Origin: an uncultured Candidatus Bathyarchaeia archaeon
GTDB lineage: Archaea; Thermoproteota; Bathyarchaeia; TCS64
NCBI GenBank assembly: GCA_964559475.1
Contig: CAZLHX010000001.1
Coordinates: forward strand, 49 to 64,048
Direction: 5' to 3'
Length of the DNA stretch: 64,000 nt
The notes under the pieces are model-generated. The model was not told where the DNA came from, ran no database searches, and worked only from the letters and a program-made list of their open reading frames with translations. Positions 46,998 through 57,359 of this stretch are shown piece by piece (the stretch's first letter is position 1; each line of letters opens with the position of its first letter). A program made the translations under genes and the position numbers.

Positions 46998-47441
46998 ATG
47001 AAAAAAGCACTGGTATTGTTTCACTCGCAGCAGTATGGTAATACTGAGTTGATGGCTAGAGCTGTTGGGGAAGGCTTTAGGGAGGCTGGATTGGAGGTTG
47101 TGCTTCATAATACGAATGATCTGAGGTTCGATATAGAGGATTTTCCTCAATATGAATGCGTTGCCTTCGGTACTCCGGATTATTTCAGCTATATTGCGGG
47201 CACAATGAAAACTTTCATGGATGACTGGTATCTTAATAGGAATGAGCCTGGGTATACTGGTAAACCTTACGTCATATTTTACACCCACGGGGGCGGAGGA
47301 AGAGTCCGAGATCATCTTGACCTATTCAGTAGAGTTGGTGATCAAGTTGGACAGGCAGTTGAGTCCAGAGGAAAACCAACAAAAAGCGTCTTGGAAAAAT
47401 GCAGGGAATTAGGTAAAGAACTAGGAAAGACAGTTAGATAG
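46998..47441 (+). CDS. Flavodoxin-like protein
   Basis: The N-terminus KKALVLFHSQQYGNTE is an FMN phosphate loop. About 147 aa from the ATG at 46998. Confidence 0.8.
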   Translation: MKKALVLFHSQQYGNTELMARAVGEGFREAGLEVVLHNTNDLRFDIEDFPQYECVAFGTPDYFSYIAGTMKTFMDDWYLNRNEPGYTGKPYVIFYTHGGGGRVRDHLDLFSRVGDQVGQAVESRGKPTKSVLEKCRELGKELGKTVR

Positions 47442-47682
47442 TTTAACATTTCTTAAAATATTTACTGGCATACGCTACTTGAATAAATGGTGATTACTTT
47501 GAGGTGTTATTCATATTTTTTTAAGAGAAGGGAAGGAGGTTGGGCTTCTATACTTTCATGATTATATTAAACGCTCAGTAATGTAAGGAAGGGCTACTAG
47601 TTATGAAGCCCGGTTAGAGCTGATTGGAATCTGGCTGTTTAGTTATTATTAAGTCAATGATATAGGCTTCCTGCACTTACTC

Positions 47683-47730
47683 GTGGGCGGCTCGGGGGGA
47701 GGGGGGGGTTCATTTGTTCATTTGTTCGTT
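47683..47730. repeat. GC-rich block ending in G6-A-G8 (47694-47708), followed by the tandem octamer ttcatttg x2 (plus a degenerate third copy), inside a 470-bp non-coding gap
   Basis: Read directly: gtgggcggctcggggggaggggggggttcatttgttcatttgttcgttt. Confidence 0.6.
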
Positions 47731-47910
47731 TCTACATGTTTGTCCCCTTATAATTGCTTAATTAGATTAATGGATTCCTTAATTGTTATTAGATTGATAT
47801 ATTTCTAGTATCCATTTTTTGGTAGATAATTCTGGTTCTCATTGAGGAAAAATTCGATTTCATCATGTAACTACTATAAATAAGGTTTACTCTATTTTTA
47901 GTGAATTAAC

Positions 47911-48627
47911 TTGTTCGAAGGCAAAGTAGCTATCATAACGGGTTCAGCTGGATCTTTGGGGTCAGTCACTACAAAAGCATTCTTAAAGAAAAAGGCGAAA
48001 GTTGTAGCATTATATCATACAGAGGGAAAATTCAACAAGTTTGTTGATGCCCTCGGCGATTTGAGTGAAAATTTATATGGGGTTCAAGGGGATGCCACGT
48101 CCGCAGATGACTGTAAGAGGCTTGTAAAGGAGACCATCGATAGACATGGAAAAGTGGATATTCTGGTAAATATTGTAGGAGGGTGGAAAGGGGGAAAGAA
48201 TTTAGATAAAACCAGTGAAGAGACCTGGGACAAAATGATTAACCTTAACGCTAAAACTGTATTCCTCTGCAGTAGAGAGGTTCTCCCCCACATGATAGAT
48301 GAAAATTATGGGAGAATAGTTAACATCTCCGCTAAAAGTAGCACAAGGAAAGGTCGCATGAAGGACTCCTCTGCCTACGCTGCCAGTAAAGGAGCTGTAA
48401 GAACATTAACCTACGCCATGACTGAGGAGTTAAAGGATAAAAACATCAATGTTAACTGCATTATGCCCAGTACTATCGATACGGAGGACAATAGAAAGAT
48501 AATACCCAAAGCAGATTTCAGTAAATGGGTCCCCCCTGAACAAATAGCAGAGACTATATTATTCTTATGTAGTGATAAAGCAAAAGACATCAAAGGAGCC
48601 TGTGTCCCTATATATGGAAAATCTTAG
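47911..48627 (+). CDS. Short-chain dehydrogenase/reductase (FabG-like)
   Basis: 238 aa with TGSAGSLG (a TGxxxGxG variant), NIVGG and the YAASK catalytic motif. TTG start. Confidence 0.9.
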   Translation: MFEGKVAIITGSAGSLGSVTTKAFLKKKAKVVALYHTEGKFNKFVDALGDLSENLYGVQGDATSADDCKRLVKETIDRHGKVDILVNIVGGWKGGKNLDKTSEETWDKMINLNAKTVFLCSREVLPHMIDENYGRIVNISAKSSTRKGRMKDSSAYAASKGAVRTLTYAMTEELKDKNINVNCIMPSTIDTEDNRKIIPKADFSKWVPPEQIAETILFLCSDKAKDIKGACVPIYGKS

Positions 48628-48720
48628 ACCTTACTACACCATGCTTTCTGATATCCTTAGAAACTGCTTGTTTATATTAGTAACAAATAGATTATTTTAT
48701 TTAATAATCGAGGCTCAACA

Positions 48721-49143
48721 ATGAGTAAAGGATACGAGTATCTGGAACATACAGCTGATGTTTACATAAAGGCAGTTGGTAACACACTTGAGGAAGCTTT
48801 TGAGAATGCTGGTAGAGCCACAACCGATATAATGACTGATATAGAGAAAGTGGAATCAAAAAAGTCCATAGAAATTAGAGTTGAGGCTGAAAATCTTGAG
48901 GAGCTCCTTTATCTTTGGCTCGAGGAGATTATATTCAGATTTGATACAGAAGCTTTTCTATTCTCTGAGTTTGAGGTCAAAGAAATTGCAAATAGTGGAA
49001 CTTTACTCAAAGGGGAAGGGAGAGGAGAAGAGTTTAATCCAGATAAACATCCTCAACGTCTGGGTATAAAAGCAGTAACATACCATATGATGGATATCAG
49101 GAAGGATAAAGAAGTCATTTTAAAGTTCGTCTTGGATGTTTAG
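48721..49143 (+). CDS. Archease (RtcB activator)
   Basis: 140 aa. The N-terminus YEYLEHTADVYIKA and the C-terminus IKAVTYH are archease hallmarks. Confidence 0.9.
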   Translation: MSKGYEYLEHTADVYIKAVGNTLEEAFENAGRATTDIMTDIEKVESKKSIEIRVEAENLEELLYLWLEEIIFRFDTEAFLFSEFEVKEIANSGTLLKGEGRGEEFNPDKHPQRLGIKAVTYHMMDIRKDKEVILKFVLDV

Positions 49144-49182
49144 TGTTTATTAAAGACCTTTCATTATGTCTCTTAGATTCAT

Positions 49183-50643
49183 ATGGGTAACAACAGCGGA
49201 GACATAAAATTAAACAAGATAGCAGAAGATATCTGGGAGATCCCCCAAGAAAATCAAATGAGGGTCCCTGGCAGAGTTTATGCTGATGAGGAACTAATTC
49301 AAAAAATTCAGCAGGATAAGACGCTCTGGCAGTGTAAGAATGTAGCCCATCTACCGGGAATTTATAAGTATGCTATTACTCTTCCAGATGGGCATCAAGG
49401 ATACGGTTTTCCAATCGGCGGAGTAGCTGCAACCGATTATGAGGAAGGCGTGATAAGCCCCGGTGGAGTAGGATACGACATCAACTGTGGGGTTAGATTA
49501 CTGACCACCAGCATAGAGCTAAAAAATATACGCCCAAAACTATTAGATCTGACAGAGACACTTTTTAATAACATCCCCTCAGGTCTAGGAAGTAGCAGGA
49601 AAAAGTTCAAGTTAAGTAGAAAGGAGCTCGAGGATCTAGTAACAGAAGGAACTCCATGGTTAATCGAACGGGATATGGGGTGGACTGAGGACGCTGAACA
49701 CTGCGAGGAAAGTGGCTGCATGAAGAACGCAAACCCTGATAAGATATCTGAGAGAGCTAAACAGAGGGGGCTCTCACAGGTTGGAACACTAGGTTCAGGT
49801 AACCACTTCCTAGAAATACAGAGAGTTGACAAGATCTTCGATGAAAAAGCAGCAAAAACCTTCGGTGTGACTCATGAAGATCAAGTTACTGTAATGATTC
49901 ACACAGGATCAAGAGGGTTTGGCCACCAAATCTGTTCAGACTACTTAAAAGTAATGGAGAGAGCACTCAACAAACACAGTATACAAGTCCCAGACAAACA
50001 GCTAGCATGTACACCCGGGCATAGTAAGGAGGGAAAAGATTACTACGAAGCAATGGCTTGCGCAGTGAACTATGCCTTCAGCAACAGACAGGCAATAACC
50101 CACTGGACTAGAGAGAGCTTTAGCCAGGTTTTCAAAGAGCCAGCTGAGAATTTCGGTCTCAAACTAGTTTACGACGTCGCTCACAACATCGTAAAGAAGG
50201 AAGATCACGACGTAGGCGGAAAGACAAGGAAAGTATGGACCCATAGAAAAGGAGCAACCCGAGCATTCCCTCAAGGACATCCTGAAGTCCCCAGAGACTA
50301 TAGAGGTATCGGCCAACCAGTGATCATACCAGGAACTATGGGAACCGAATCATGGCTGATGGTAGGAAAACCCAAAGCCATGGAACTTAGTTTTGGTTCA
50401 ACACCTCATGGCGCCGGTAGGCTCCTGAGTAGATCTGCAGCTAAAAGAAGATTCTGGGGTGGAGACGTCAAGAAGGAACTTGAGGATAGAGGCATGGTTG
50501 TCAGGGCAGCCAGTCAGGTAGTTCTAGCAGAAGAGGCTTCTGGAGCCTATAAAAGAGTTGACCGTGTTATTGAGGTAGGTCACAGATTAGGATTTGCTGG
50601 TAAAGTGGCTCGTTTAAAGCCCCTTGCAGTAGTTAAGGGATAA
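49183..50643 (+). CDS. rtcB: RNA-splicing ligase RtcB
   Basis: 486 aa with GYDINCGVR, GSGNHF, HTGSRGFGHQ, PGTMGT and HGAGR. Confidence 0.95.
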   Translation: MGNNSGDIKLNKIAEDIWEIPQENQMRVPGRVYADEELIQKIQQDKTLWQCKNVAHLPGIYKYAITLPDGHQGYGFPIGGVAATDYEEGVISPGGVGYDINCGVRLLTTSIELKNIRPKLLDLTETLFNNIPSGLGSSRKKFKLSRKELEDLVTEGTPWLIERDMGWTEDAEHCEESGCMKNANPDKISERAKQRGLSQVGTLGSGNHFLEIQRVDKIFDEKAAKTFGVTHEDQVTVMIHTGSRGFGHQICSDYLKVMERALNKHSIQVPDKQLACTPGHSKEGKDYYEAMACAVNYAFSNRQAITHWTRESFSQVFKEPAENFGLKLVYDVAHNIVKKEDHDVGGKTRKVWTHRKGATRAFPQGHPEVPRDYRGIGQPVIIPGTMGTESWLMVGKPKAMELSFGSTPHGAGRLLSRSAAKRRFWGGDVKKELEDRGMVVRAASQVVLAEEASGAYKRVDRVIEVGHRLGFAGKVARLKPLAVVKG

Positions 50644-50742
50644 TCCTCCCTCCTTTTTAAGAACTCTATTATAATCAGTTCCATTTTATATTGTGTACAG
50701 TTACCCAAGGATTATATACATAGGCTGTTTGGGAGTTACGAT

Positions 50743-50982
50743 ATGCGGAGGAAAGCCTACGGTGTTAGTCGAATGCTTGAAAAAGCAAAAAAACTGGCTG
50801 AAAGCAACAGGATCGAGTATCTTGGGGATAAAAGATACAACGTAATCGGGGACCATGGAACATACATGGTAGTCGAGTCCCCTGAGGGCAAAATCAGCTG
50901 CAGTTGCCCAGGATATAGAAACCGTGGTAGATGCAGTCACAGCATAGCGGTTCTAATTAGAACTCATAAATACCGTAAATAG
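50743..50982 (+). CDS. Small SWIM zinc-finger protein
   Basis: 79 aa with the CxC-x(n)-CxH motif CSCPGYRNRGRCSHSIAV. Confidence 0.6.
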   Translation: MRRKAYGVSRMLEKAKKLAESNRIEYLGDKRYNVIGDHGTYMVVESPEGKISCSCPGYRNRGRCSHSIAVLIRTHKYRK

Positions 50983-51138
50983 GTTCAAAACTTGTACAAT
51001 GTATAATAACTCTAATTTCATAGTTGAAGAGCTCATTTATCAATTTAGTATATGTTTAAGTGGCTTTTAGAAATTCCATTAAGAGTAAGAAATTACTGGG
51101 GGTTTAAAAGATGCCCTTTCACGTCTAATTAAGGTACA

Positions 51139-51369
51139 GTGTCTCGAATAGAAGGGGAGTCTTTAGCGGAAATCAGCTTTAGAAATACAGTGCACTTTTA
51201 CAGAGAAGAGTTATTGAAGATAGACAGAGGAGAAAAAGCAACCAAAGTCTTCAAGGACAGGCAGAGAAAATCCCTTGTAAAAGCAGGCATACTAAATCGT
51301 GAATATGGGCAAGGCGGATGCAGGCTCAGACTGAGTAAAAAAACCAGACAAATACTGGAGAATAGTTAG
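51139..51369 (+). CDS. Hypothetical small basic protein, possibly wHTH
   Basis: 76-aa ORF with a GTG start. LVKAGILNREY...RLSKKTRQIL is loosely wHTH-like. Confidence 0.3.
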   Translation: MSRIEGESLAEISFRNTVHFYREELLKIDRGEKATKVFKDRQRKSLVKAGILNREYGQGGCRLRLSKKTRQILENS

Positions 51370-52703
51370 GGTAGTACCTTTTCTAGTTCTTTTTCAAGGC
51401 TTCCTTTCTCAATCTCTTCGAACTCATAGGTGACCCGGATTAGGGGTTTATCCACATCCATGAATCTTCTGATATCAGCAGGAGTTCCTAGGAGAACTAA
51501 GTCACATGGCACTTCATGTATAGTCTCACTTAGTTCATCGATCTGCTCCTTGCTGTATCCTATGGCAGGCAGTACCTTTCCAAGATGTGGCCAGAGATCA
51601 TAGACTTTCTTAATGCTACCTTTAGCGTACGGTCTGGGATCTACTATTTCAGCTCCAAGTTGCCTTGCCTTTATCGTTGCAGCACCATACTTCATCTCAC
51701 CATGAGTTAAGGTTGGACCATCCTCAACTACCAGTACCTTTTTTCCCTTAATTTGATCCTCTTTCTCTGCCTCTATCACTATGTTGGCTCTAATGATCTT
51801 TGCTTTCCTGTTGATTTTACGGACATTATCTTCTACCTGTTTCACATCCCGCGGTTCAGCAGTATTCACCTTCGAAACTATGATTAAATCCGCCAGTCTT
51901 ACATTTGTCTCTCCTGGATAATACTTTAGTTCGTGACCTACACGATGAGGATCGACGATTACTATATGAAGAGTTGGTTCATAGAATGGAAAATCATTGT
52001 TCCCCCCGTCCCAGATTATCACATCTGCTTCTTTTTCAGCTTCCTTTAATATTTTTTCATAGTCTACTCCACTAAATAGTATTGCACCTCTATCTATGTG
52101 TGGTTCATAATCTTCCCTCTCTTCTATGGTACAATTATAGCGATCAAGGTCATCGTAGTCCTCGAAGCGCTGAACCATCTGTTCCACCAAGTCTCCATAG
52201 GGCATTGGATGCCTTATTACGACTACATTATGCCCTTTATCGCGTAGTTTTGATACGATCCACCTACTAGTGGGACTTTTTCCGCTCCCAGTCCTAGCTG
52301 CACAGACTGAAATCAAAGGTTTATTACTTTTTAGCATAGTATCCGCTGGTCCTAATAACACAAAGGTAGCTCCAGCTCCTTGGACTCTGGACGCCTCATC
52401 ATGAAGATAATCGTCGGATACGTCACTATAGCTGAAGAAACATTCATCTACTTCAAATTCCTTGATCAACTCCTCTAGTTCATTTTCTGAATAGATTTTA
52501 ATGCCATCAGGATAGCGGGAACCGGAGAGTTCCGGTGGATATATTCTCTTCTCGATACCTGAACCAGTATCCAACTCACTTATCTGAGCCGCTGTAAAGG
52601 CTACAACCTCATAGTTATCATTATCCCTTAGATAGGTGTTAAAATTGTGAAAGTCCCTTCCCGCTGCTCCCATTACTATAGCTCGCCTAACCATCTCAAC
52701 CAT
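51366..52703 (-). CDS. P-loop protein of the cyclic 2,3-diphosphoglycerate synthetase-like / predicted GTPase family
   Basis: 445 aa. The N-terminus is IVMGAAGRDFHNFN and the P-loop is ARTGSGKSPT. Confidence 0.6.
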   Translation of the reverse strand: MVEMVRRAIVMGAAGRDFHNFNTYLRDNDNYEVVAFTAAQISELDTGSGIEKRIYPPELSGSRYPDGIKIYSENELEELIKEFEVDECFFSYSDVSDDYLHDEASRVQGAGATFVLLGPADTMLKSNKPLISVCAARTGSGKSPTSRWIVSKLRDKGHNVVVIRHPMPYGDLVEQMVQRFEDYDDLDRYNCTIEEREDYEPHIDRGAILFSGVDYEKILKEAEKEADVIIWDGGNNDFPFYEPTLHIVIVDPHRVGHELKYYPGETNVRLADLIIVSKVNTAEPRDVKQVEDNVRKINRKAKIIRANIVIEAEKEDQIKGKKVLVVEDGPTLTHGEMKYGAATIKARQLGAEIVDPRPYAKGSIKKVYDLWPHLGKVLPAIGYSKEQIDELSETIHEVPCDLVLLGTPADIRRFMDVDKPLIRVTYEFEEIEKGSLEKELEKVLP

Positions 52704-52922
52704 GTTGGGTTTGCAAGCTAAGAATAAAAACCCTCACTGGGGGGAGCATTATTCAAGTTAAACCAAAATACAGAAAGATGTAACAAATGATGTAATAGCG
52801 TAAATGATTTTGATTTGAATTCAAGTTTAAGTGGACCCACTTTTTTTGATCCTAACTTGTATAATTTAATTGCTGTCAGATTTTTATTTAATGTTACATA
52901 TCCTAGAGGGAGATGTGTTTAA

Positions 52923-53573
52923 TTGATTCCTATTGGCGATGAGAATCCTTCGAGAATTTTTCCAGTTATTAACTGGGTGATAATTTTATCCTGCATTGGA
53001 GTATTTATCTGGCAGACGAGTGGAAATACCCAGTTTTTCAGATATACTATAAATACATATGGTATTACTCCCGCCAAAATATTCAACGGTCAACAGATCT
53101 ACAGCTTAGGGACTAGTATGTTTCTTCATGGAGGAATCGTCCATTTACTTGGTAATATGCTATTTCTCTGGATCTTTGGTGACAATATCGAGGATAAATT
53201 AGGGCATATAAAATATCTAGGATTTTATCTCATCTCCGGAATTCTTGCCAGTTTAATCTGGATAATAGCAGCGCGAGGAAGCAGTCAACCTGTTGTTGGT
53301 GCCAGCGGGGCGATATCAGCGGTTATGGCTGCTTACCTCATAATGTTTCCGAGTGCCAAGATTCGCACACTTGTTACTCTGGGTCTATTCGTCTGGCCAT
53401 TGAAAGTACCTGCTTATGTAATGATAGGATTATGGATTGCCTTACAGGTTGCTATGAGTTTTTTAAACCCAAATACAGGAATCGCTTACCTGGCTCATAT
53501 AGGTGGATTTGTTGTTGGTTACATCTTGGCAAATTTTACGTCACCGAGGAAAGAATCTAGAGGCCAAGAATAA
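52923..53573 (+). CDS. Rhomboid-family intramembrane serine protease
   Basis: 216 aa with six TM segments, HLLGNMLFLWIFG, GASGAISAVMAAY (catalytic Ser) and AHIGGF (His). Confidence 0.85.
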   Translation: MIPIGDENPSRIFPVINWVIILSCIGVFIWQTSGNTQFFRYTINTYGITPAKIFNGQQIYSLGTSMFLHGGIVHLLGNMLFLWIFGDNIEDKLGHIKYLGFYLISGILASLIWIIAARGSSQPVVGASGAISAVMAAYLIMFPSAKIRTLVTLGLFVWPLKVPAYVMIGLWIALQVAMSFLNPNTGIAYLAHIGGFVVGYILANFTSPRKESRGQE

Positions 53574-54085
53574 GAACTATTTTTTTTGGTTATTACGTCT
53601 ATAAATATAGCCATTATTAGCTAGTACAATAAGAAGTATCAGTAATGCAGGTAGATCTAAATCTGTCCTTTAGATAAATTCATAATGATTCCAATCGTAA
53701 TTATTCGAAATATTGAAACATAGGTTATTTCTCTATTAATATTCATAAATCTTTCAGTTATAGAAGCTTCATTCCTTTCTATGAAGGGTTTAAACCTTTA
53801 ACACGGGTAACATTGAGGATTTATTGAAGAAGTTGACTCAGGAAGCATACATATCTTACCATTGAAATAGAGAGGAGTTGCACGCATGCAAATAAATCGA
53901 GTCCATAGACTCCTTGATTCTACAATACACCATAGTCTTGGAGATTTTAAAGGGAAGATGGCCTAGCATATCCAAGGTCTTTATTCAAGTCCAATATCTA
54001 TATTAAAGGCTGAGCGAGGGCGGGTAAAAGACTAGGAAAATTATTGAGTTGAAAAATAAATCGATAATGAAGATTAAAACCTTAA

Positions 54086-55342
54086 TTATACGAGTGATTG
54101 TTTTTGGGTTGCTTTTAGTAGGTCCATGAAGAGTAGTGCGTAGATTTTTGTGTTATCTATTAGTCCTGATATTGTAGAATATTCGTTATATCCATGTGAT
54201 GGACCTCCTCGACTGCACCCATAGCTGACTACAGGTCTCTCAAGATACCTCCACATATACCACCCCCAGTCACTGGAACCACCCCCAACTGTATCAGCTA
54301 TCCTTGGAACTGTTCCTAAGATCTTTTCTGCTGATCTTTGAAGCGATTTAATCAGCTCTGAATCAGGGAATGACCATGCAGGCTCCATGGATCTATCCAG
54401 TATTCTCGTTATCTCTGCTATAAACTCCGGATCCTCCTCTCCAAGTCTATCTATTACCTCTTGGATCTCCCTTTCACAACTTTCTGGCGTCTCTACCTGG
54501 GGGATGAACCTCCTGTCTATCTGAAGGATACATTCATCGGGGACATTGTTACCGGTCACAAACGCGTGGGCGTAGTTTATGGAGAACCTTGCCTTTCCTT
54601 TGATCATTAACCCGTGGGAGTCGAATTCATCTCTTCTTTCGTTGACGTCCTTCCCAAGTTCCTCGAGACGGTTTATCAGTTTTGCTGCCTTGTTTACAGC
54701 GTTTATTCCCTGGTCGTTGTTGCCAGTGTGAGCCGTCTTTCCCTTAACTTTTATCCTGTAATACTGCCTGCCATTGGAGGCTATTCCAATACTCTTACCA
54801 TCTCCGCCTCCACCAGAATAAAGCATCATATCCGTATCAAGTAAACCTCTATCCACCAGAAGCTTGGTCCCATGGTGTCCTCCCCTCTCCTCGTCGCATA
54901 CAAACGCAAATACGATGTCTCCTTCTAACTGTAATCCAGCTTCCTTTATCGCCTTAATAGCATAGAGTAGCGGGGGAATGGGAAACTTGTGATCCTTAGA
55001 GCCCCTACCATATATTCTGTCTCCAACTATCTCCCCGCTATAGGGACCATAATCCCATTTTGAGATATCTCCAGGAGGTACAGTATCATAGTGGGCATAG
55101 ACCGTAAGGGATGGCTTTCCTTTAGTTCCCCTATATCTAGCTATTACATTGGGTCTATCTGCTGTATCTTGCACAAGCTCAACATCCTCCAACCCAATCC
55201 GCTGTACCTCATCGTAGACAAAGGTTCCAATATCCTGCTCCTCCCCAGTGATGCTGGGAATCTGAACAAGCTTCTGCATCAAAGAGACTATTTTATCTCT
55301 ATCTTCGTCAATTATTTCCAGTATACGTTGATTAAAAGACAA
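54086..55342 (-). CDS. M20-family metallopeptidase (ArgE/DapE/acetylornithine deacetylase-like)
   Basis: 418 aa with AHYDTVP, RGSKDHK, DEERGG and HGYNEY. Confidence 0.85.
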   Translation of the reverse strand: MSFNQRILEIIDEDRDKIVSLMQKLVQIPSITGEEQDIGTFVYDEVQRIGLEDVELVQDTADRPNVIARYRGTKGKPSLTVYAHYDTVPPGDISKWDYGPYSGEIVGDRIYGRGSKDHKFPIPPLLYAIKAIKEAGLQLEGDIVFAFVCDEERGGHHGTKLLVDRGLLDTDMMLYSGGGGDGKSIGIASNGRQYYRIKVKGKTAHTGNNDQGINAVNKAAKLINRLEELGKDVNERRDEFDSHGLMIKGKARFSINYAHAFVTGNNVPDECILQIDRRFIPQVETPESCEREIQEVIDRLGEEDPEFIAEITRILDRSMEPAWSFPDSELIKSLQRSAEKILGTVPRIADTVGGGSSDWGWYMWRYLERPVVSYGCSRGGPSHGYNEYSTISGLIDNTKIYALLFMDLLKATQKQSLV

Positions 55343-55442
55343 CTTATTCGAAATAGAATCAGAAAATAATAAAAAATATTCGCGCGTCTAAAATCAGAGT
55401 CATTTCAATCGAAATTATTTTCTTATCAAAAAACAACGTATC

Positions 55443-57359
55443 TTGACCTCTATGCCTCTTCCTGAAGATGAAAATGGAACTTTATTAATAATTGATCTTA
55501 GCGATAAAAAAATCGAAGTTGAGGATATCCCCCCTGAAATCCATAGAAAATATCTCCTAGGCTTGGGATATAACACCTGGTTATTATATCAAAAAACAAA
55601 TAAGGAAACAGATCCTTTTGGCAAAGATAACGTAGTCATTATATCACCCGGTATTTTAACTGGTACGGATGCTCCTGCAAGTTGTAGGGTGGAAGTGACA
55701 ACTAAGTCACCTCTCACCGGTATACTTGGTACTGGGAACTCTGGAGGATACTGGGGTCCAAGGTTCAAAAGAGCAGGATATGACTCATTACTTATTCATG
55801 GAGCCTCCCATAAACCAGAATATATCGTAATTGAAGACCAAGAGATTCAGTTTTTTGATGCAGAACCCTACTGGGGGCTTGATGTTTATGAGACCTTTGA
55901 TCAGCTATCTAAGCAACATGGTTCAGAGTTTAGTCAGATGGTTATAGGACCAGCTGGAGAACGTCTGGTCCGGTTCGCTGCTCCAGTCTTTGATAAGCAG
56001 CATATGCCTGGCAGATGCCATGTTGGAGGAGTGCTTGGTAGCAAAAAGTTAAAGGCTGTACTTGTAAAAGGTTCGGGATCTGTAGAGCCAAGATATCCTC
56101 AAGTCTTCAAAGAGGCGTCAAGATCAGTTGAAGAAAGGATCCAAGATTATCCTGCTTGGAGAGCTCGTGCTAAAGCGGGCTCCATGGGAACAATTGGAAT
56201 GACGGAAAAAGGCATTGATTATGATGATATTGTGGGGCCCTATCTTAAACGTGGAAAACCTGGTATATACTGTCCCTGTTCCTTAGAGGCGTTATATGGA
56301 TGCAACTTAATCACAGACGTAAAAGAGGGCCCTTATAGCGGAGTTGAGGTTGCCTGTGCTGGATTGACTCTTTACTCTGGTACCGCTCAGAGGTATGGAG
56401 TGAGTATTCCAGCAGCCTTCTATATCAATGAACTATGCCAAAGATTAGGGATGGACATGTTTGGGCCCTTTTTCTATATCTATGAACTAGTCAAACGAGG
56501 AATAATAACAGAAAAACAACTGGGTTTCAGTCTTGAACCTGGAAATGAAGAGGACCTTATGAGACTCATAAAAATGGTTGGATATAGGGAAGGGTTTGGT
56601 GATGTTCTAGCTGAAGGTTCATCGAGGATAGCTGAAAGAATTGGTGATAAAGCAGCAAAATACTCTCCGGTAGTTAAAGGATTGGAGGTTATGACTCCTG
56701 ATCCTCGGACAGATCTTAAAGGAAACATTTTCACATCCATGAGTATTCTCACAAATCCTCGCGGTGGAGATGACCTGAAGGGGACTCACGGAGTCTCGAA
56801 TTATCCCGGTTATGCTAGCTGGGCGAAAAAAATTGAAGTACCCGAGGATGACTATTCTAAATGGATATATGAATGGTTGGATATTCCCCCTGAATATAAG
56901 AAAAGGGTATTCGGAGACCCACCGGATACATCCAATCCAGACGAGTTACTGATGACTATATGGTATAATCACCTAACAAGCGTATACAACAGTCTAGGCA
57001 TATGCATGTTCGCATCCAGCGTAGCTGAAGTAATAGGACCAACTCAATTAGCCAACCTCTATTCAGCAGCGACAGGAAATCATCTTACTGCAGAGGAGAT
57101 CATGGAGACGGGTGAGAGAATATTCAACCTAATGAGAGTATACATCAACAAACAGGGGATCACCGCAAAGGACGACCATTGGCCAGAAATCTACTATAAT
57201 GAACCCGGACTCGCGGGAAAGGATGAAGCACCACCCTTTAATAGAACCAGATTTCAAAAAGAACTCGAACGATATTACAAAATCAGAGGATGGGACCCAG
57301 ACACAGGCAAACCTCTGCCTGAAATACTAAAAAAATTAGGTATAAAAATAAATGAGTAA
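55443..57359 (+). CDS. Aldehyde:ferredoxin oxidoreductase family tungstoenzyme
   Basis: 638 aa with the AOR N-terminal domain (LLIIDLSDKKIEVEDI) and GNSGGYWG. Length and C-terminus (YYKIRGWDPDTGKP) are typical. Confidence 0.9.
   Translation: MTSMPLPEDENGTLLIIDLSDKKIEVEDIPPEIHRKYLLGLGYNTWLLYQKTNKETDPFGKDNVVIISPGILTGTDAPASCRVEVTTKSPLTGILGTGNSGGYWGPRFKRAGYDSLLIHGASHKPEYIVIEDQEIQFFDAEPYWGLDVYETFDQLSKQHGSEFSQMVIGPAGERLVRFAAPVFDKQHMPGRCHVGGVLGSKKLKAVLVKGSGSVEPRYPQVFKEASRSVEERIQDYPAWRARAKAGSMGTIGMTEKGIDYDDIVGPYLKRGKPGIYCPCSLEALYGCNLITDVKEGPYSGVEVACAGLTLYSGTAQRYGVSIPAAFYINELCQRLGMDMFGPFFYIYELVKRGIITEKQLGFSLEPGNEEDLMRLIKMVGYREGFGDVLAEGSSRIAERIGDKAAKYSPVVKGLEVMTPDPRTDLKGNIFTSMSILTNPRGGDDLKGTHGVSNYPGYASWAKKIEVPEDDYSKWIYEWLDIPPEYKKRVFGDPPDTSNPDELLMTIWYNHLTSVYNSLGICMFASSVAEVIGPTQLANLYSAATGNHLTAEEIMETGERIFNLMRVYINKQGITAKDDHWPEIYYNEPGLAGKDEAPPFNRTRFQKELERYYKIRGWDPDTGKPLPEILKKLGIKINE

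Noticed and set aside
46908-47315. A 135-aa minus-strand ORF.
   Set aside because: It is antisense to a convincing flavodoxin gene. Its sequence is motif-free, so it is a shadow ORF.
53574-54085. A 510-bp gap between the rhomboid and M20 peptidase genes, examined for a small RNA or small ORFs.
   Set aside because: Only ORFs of 37 codons or fewer without motifs are present. I could see no convincing stem-loops or conserved RNA-like GC islands. It is probably promoter and terminator space, though a covariance-model scan would be needed to be sure.
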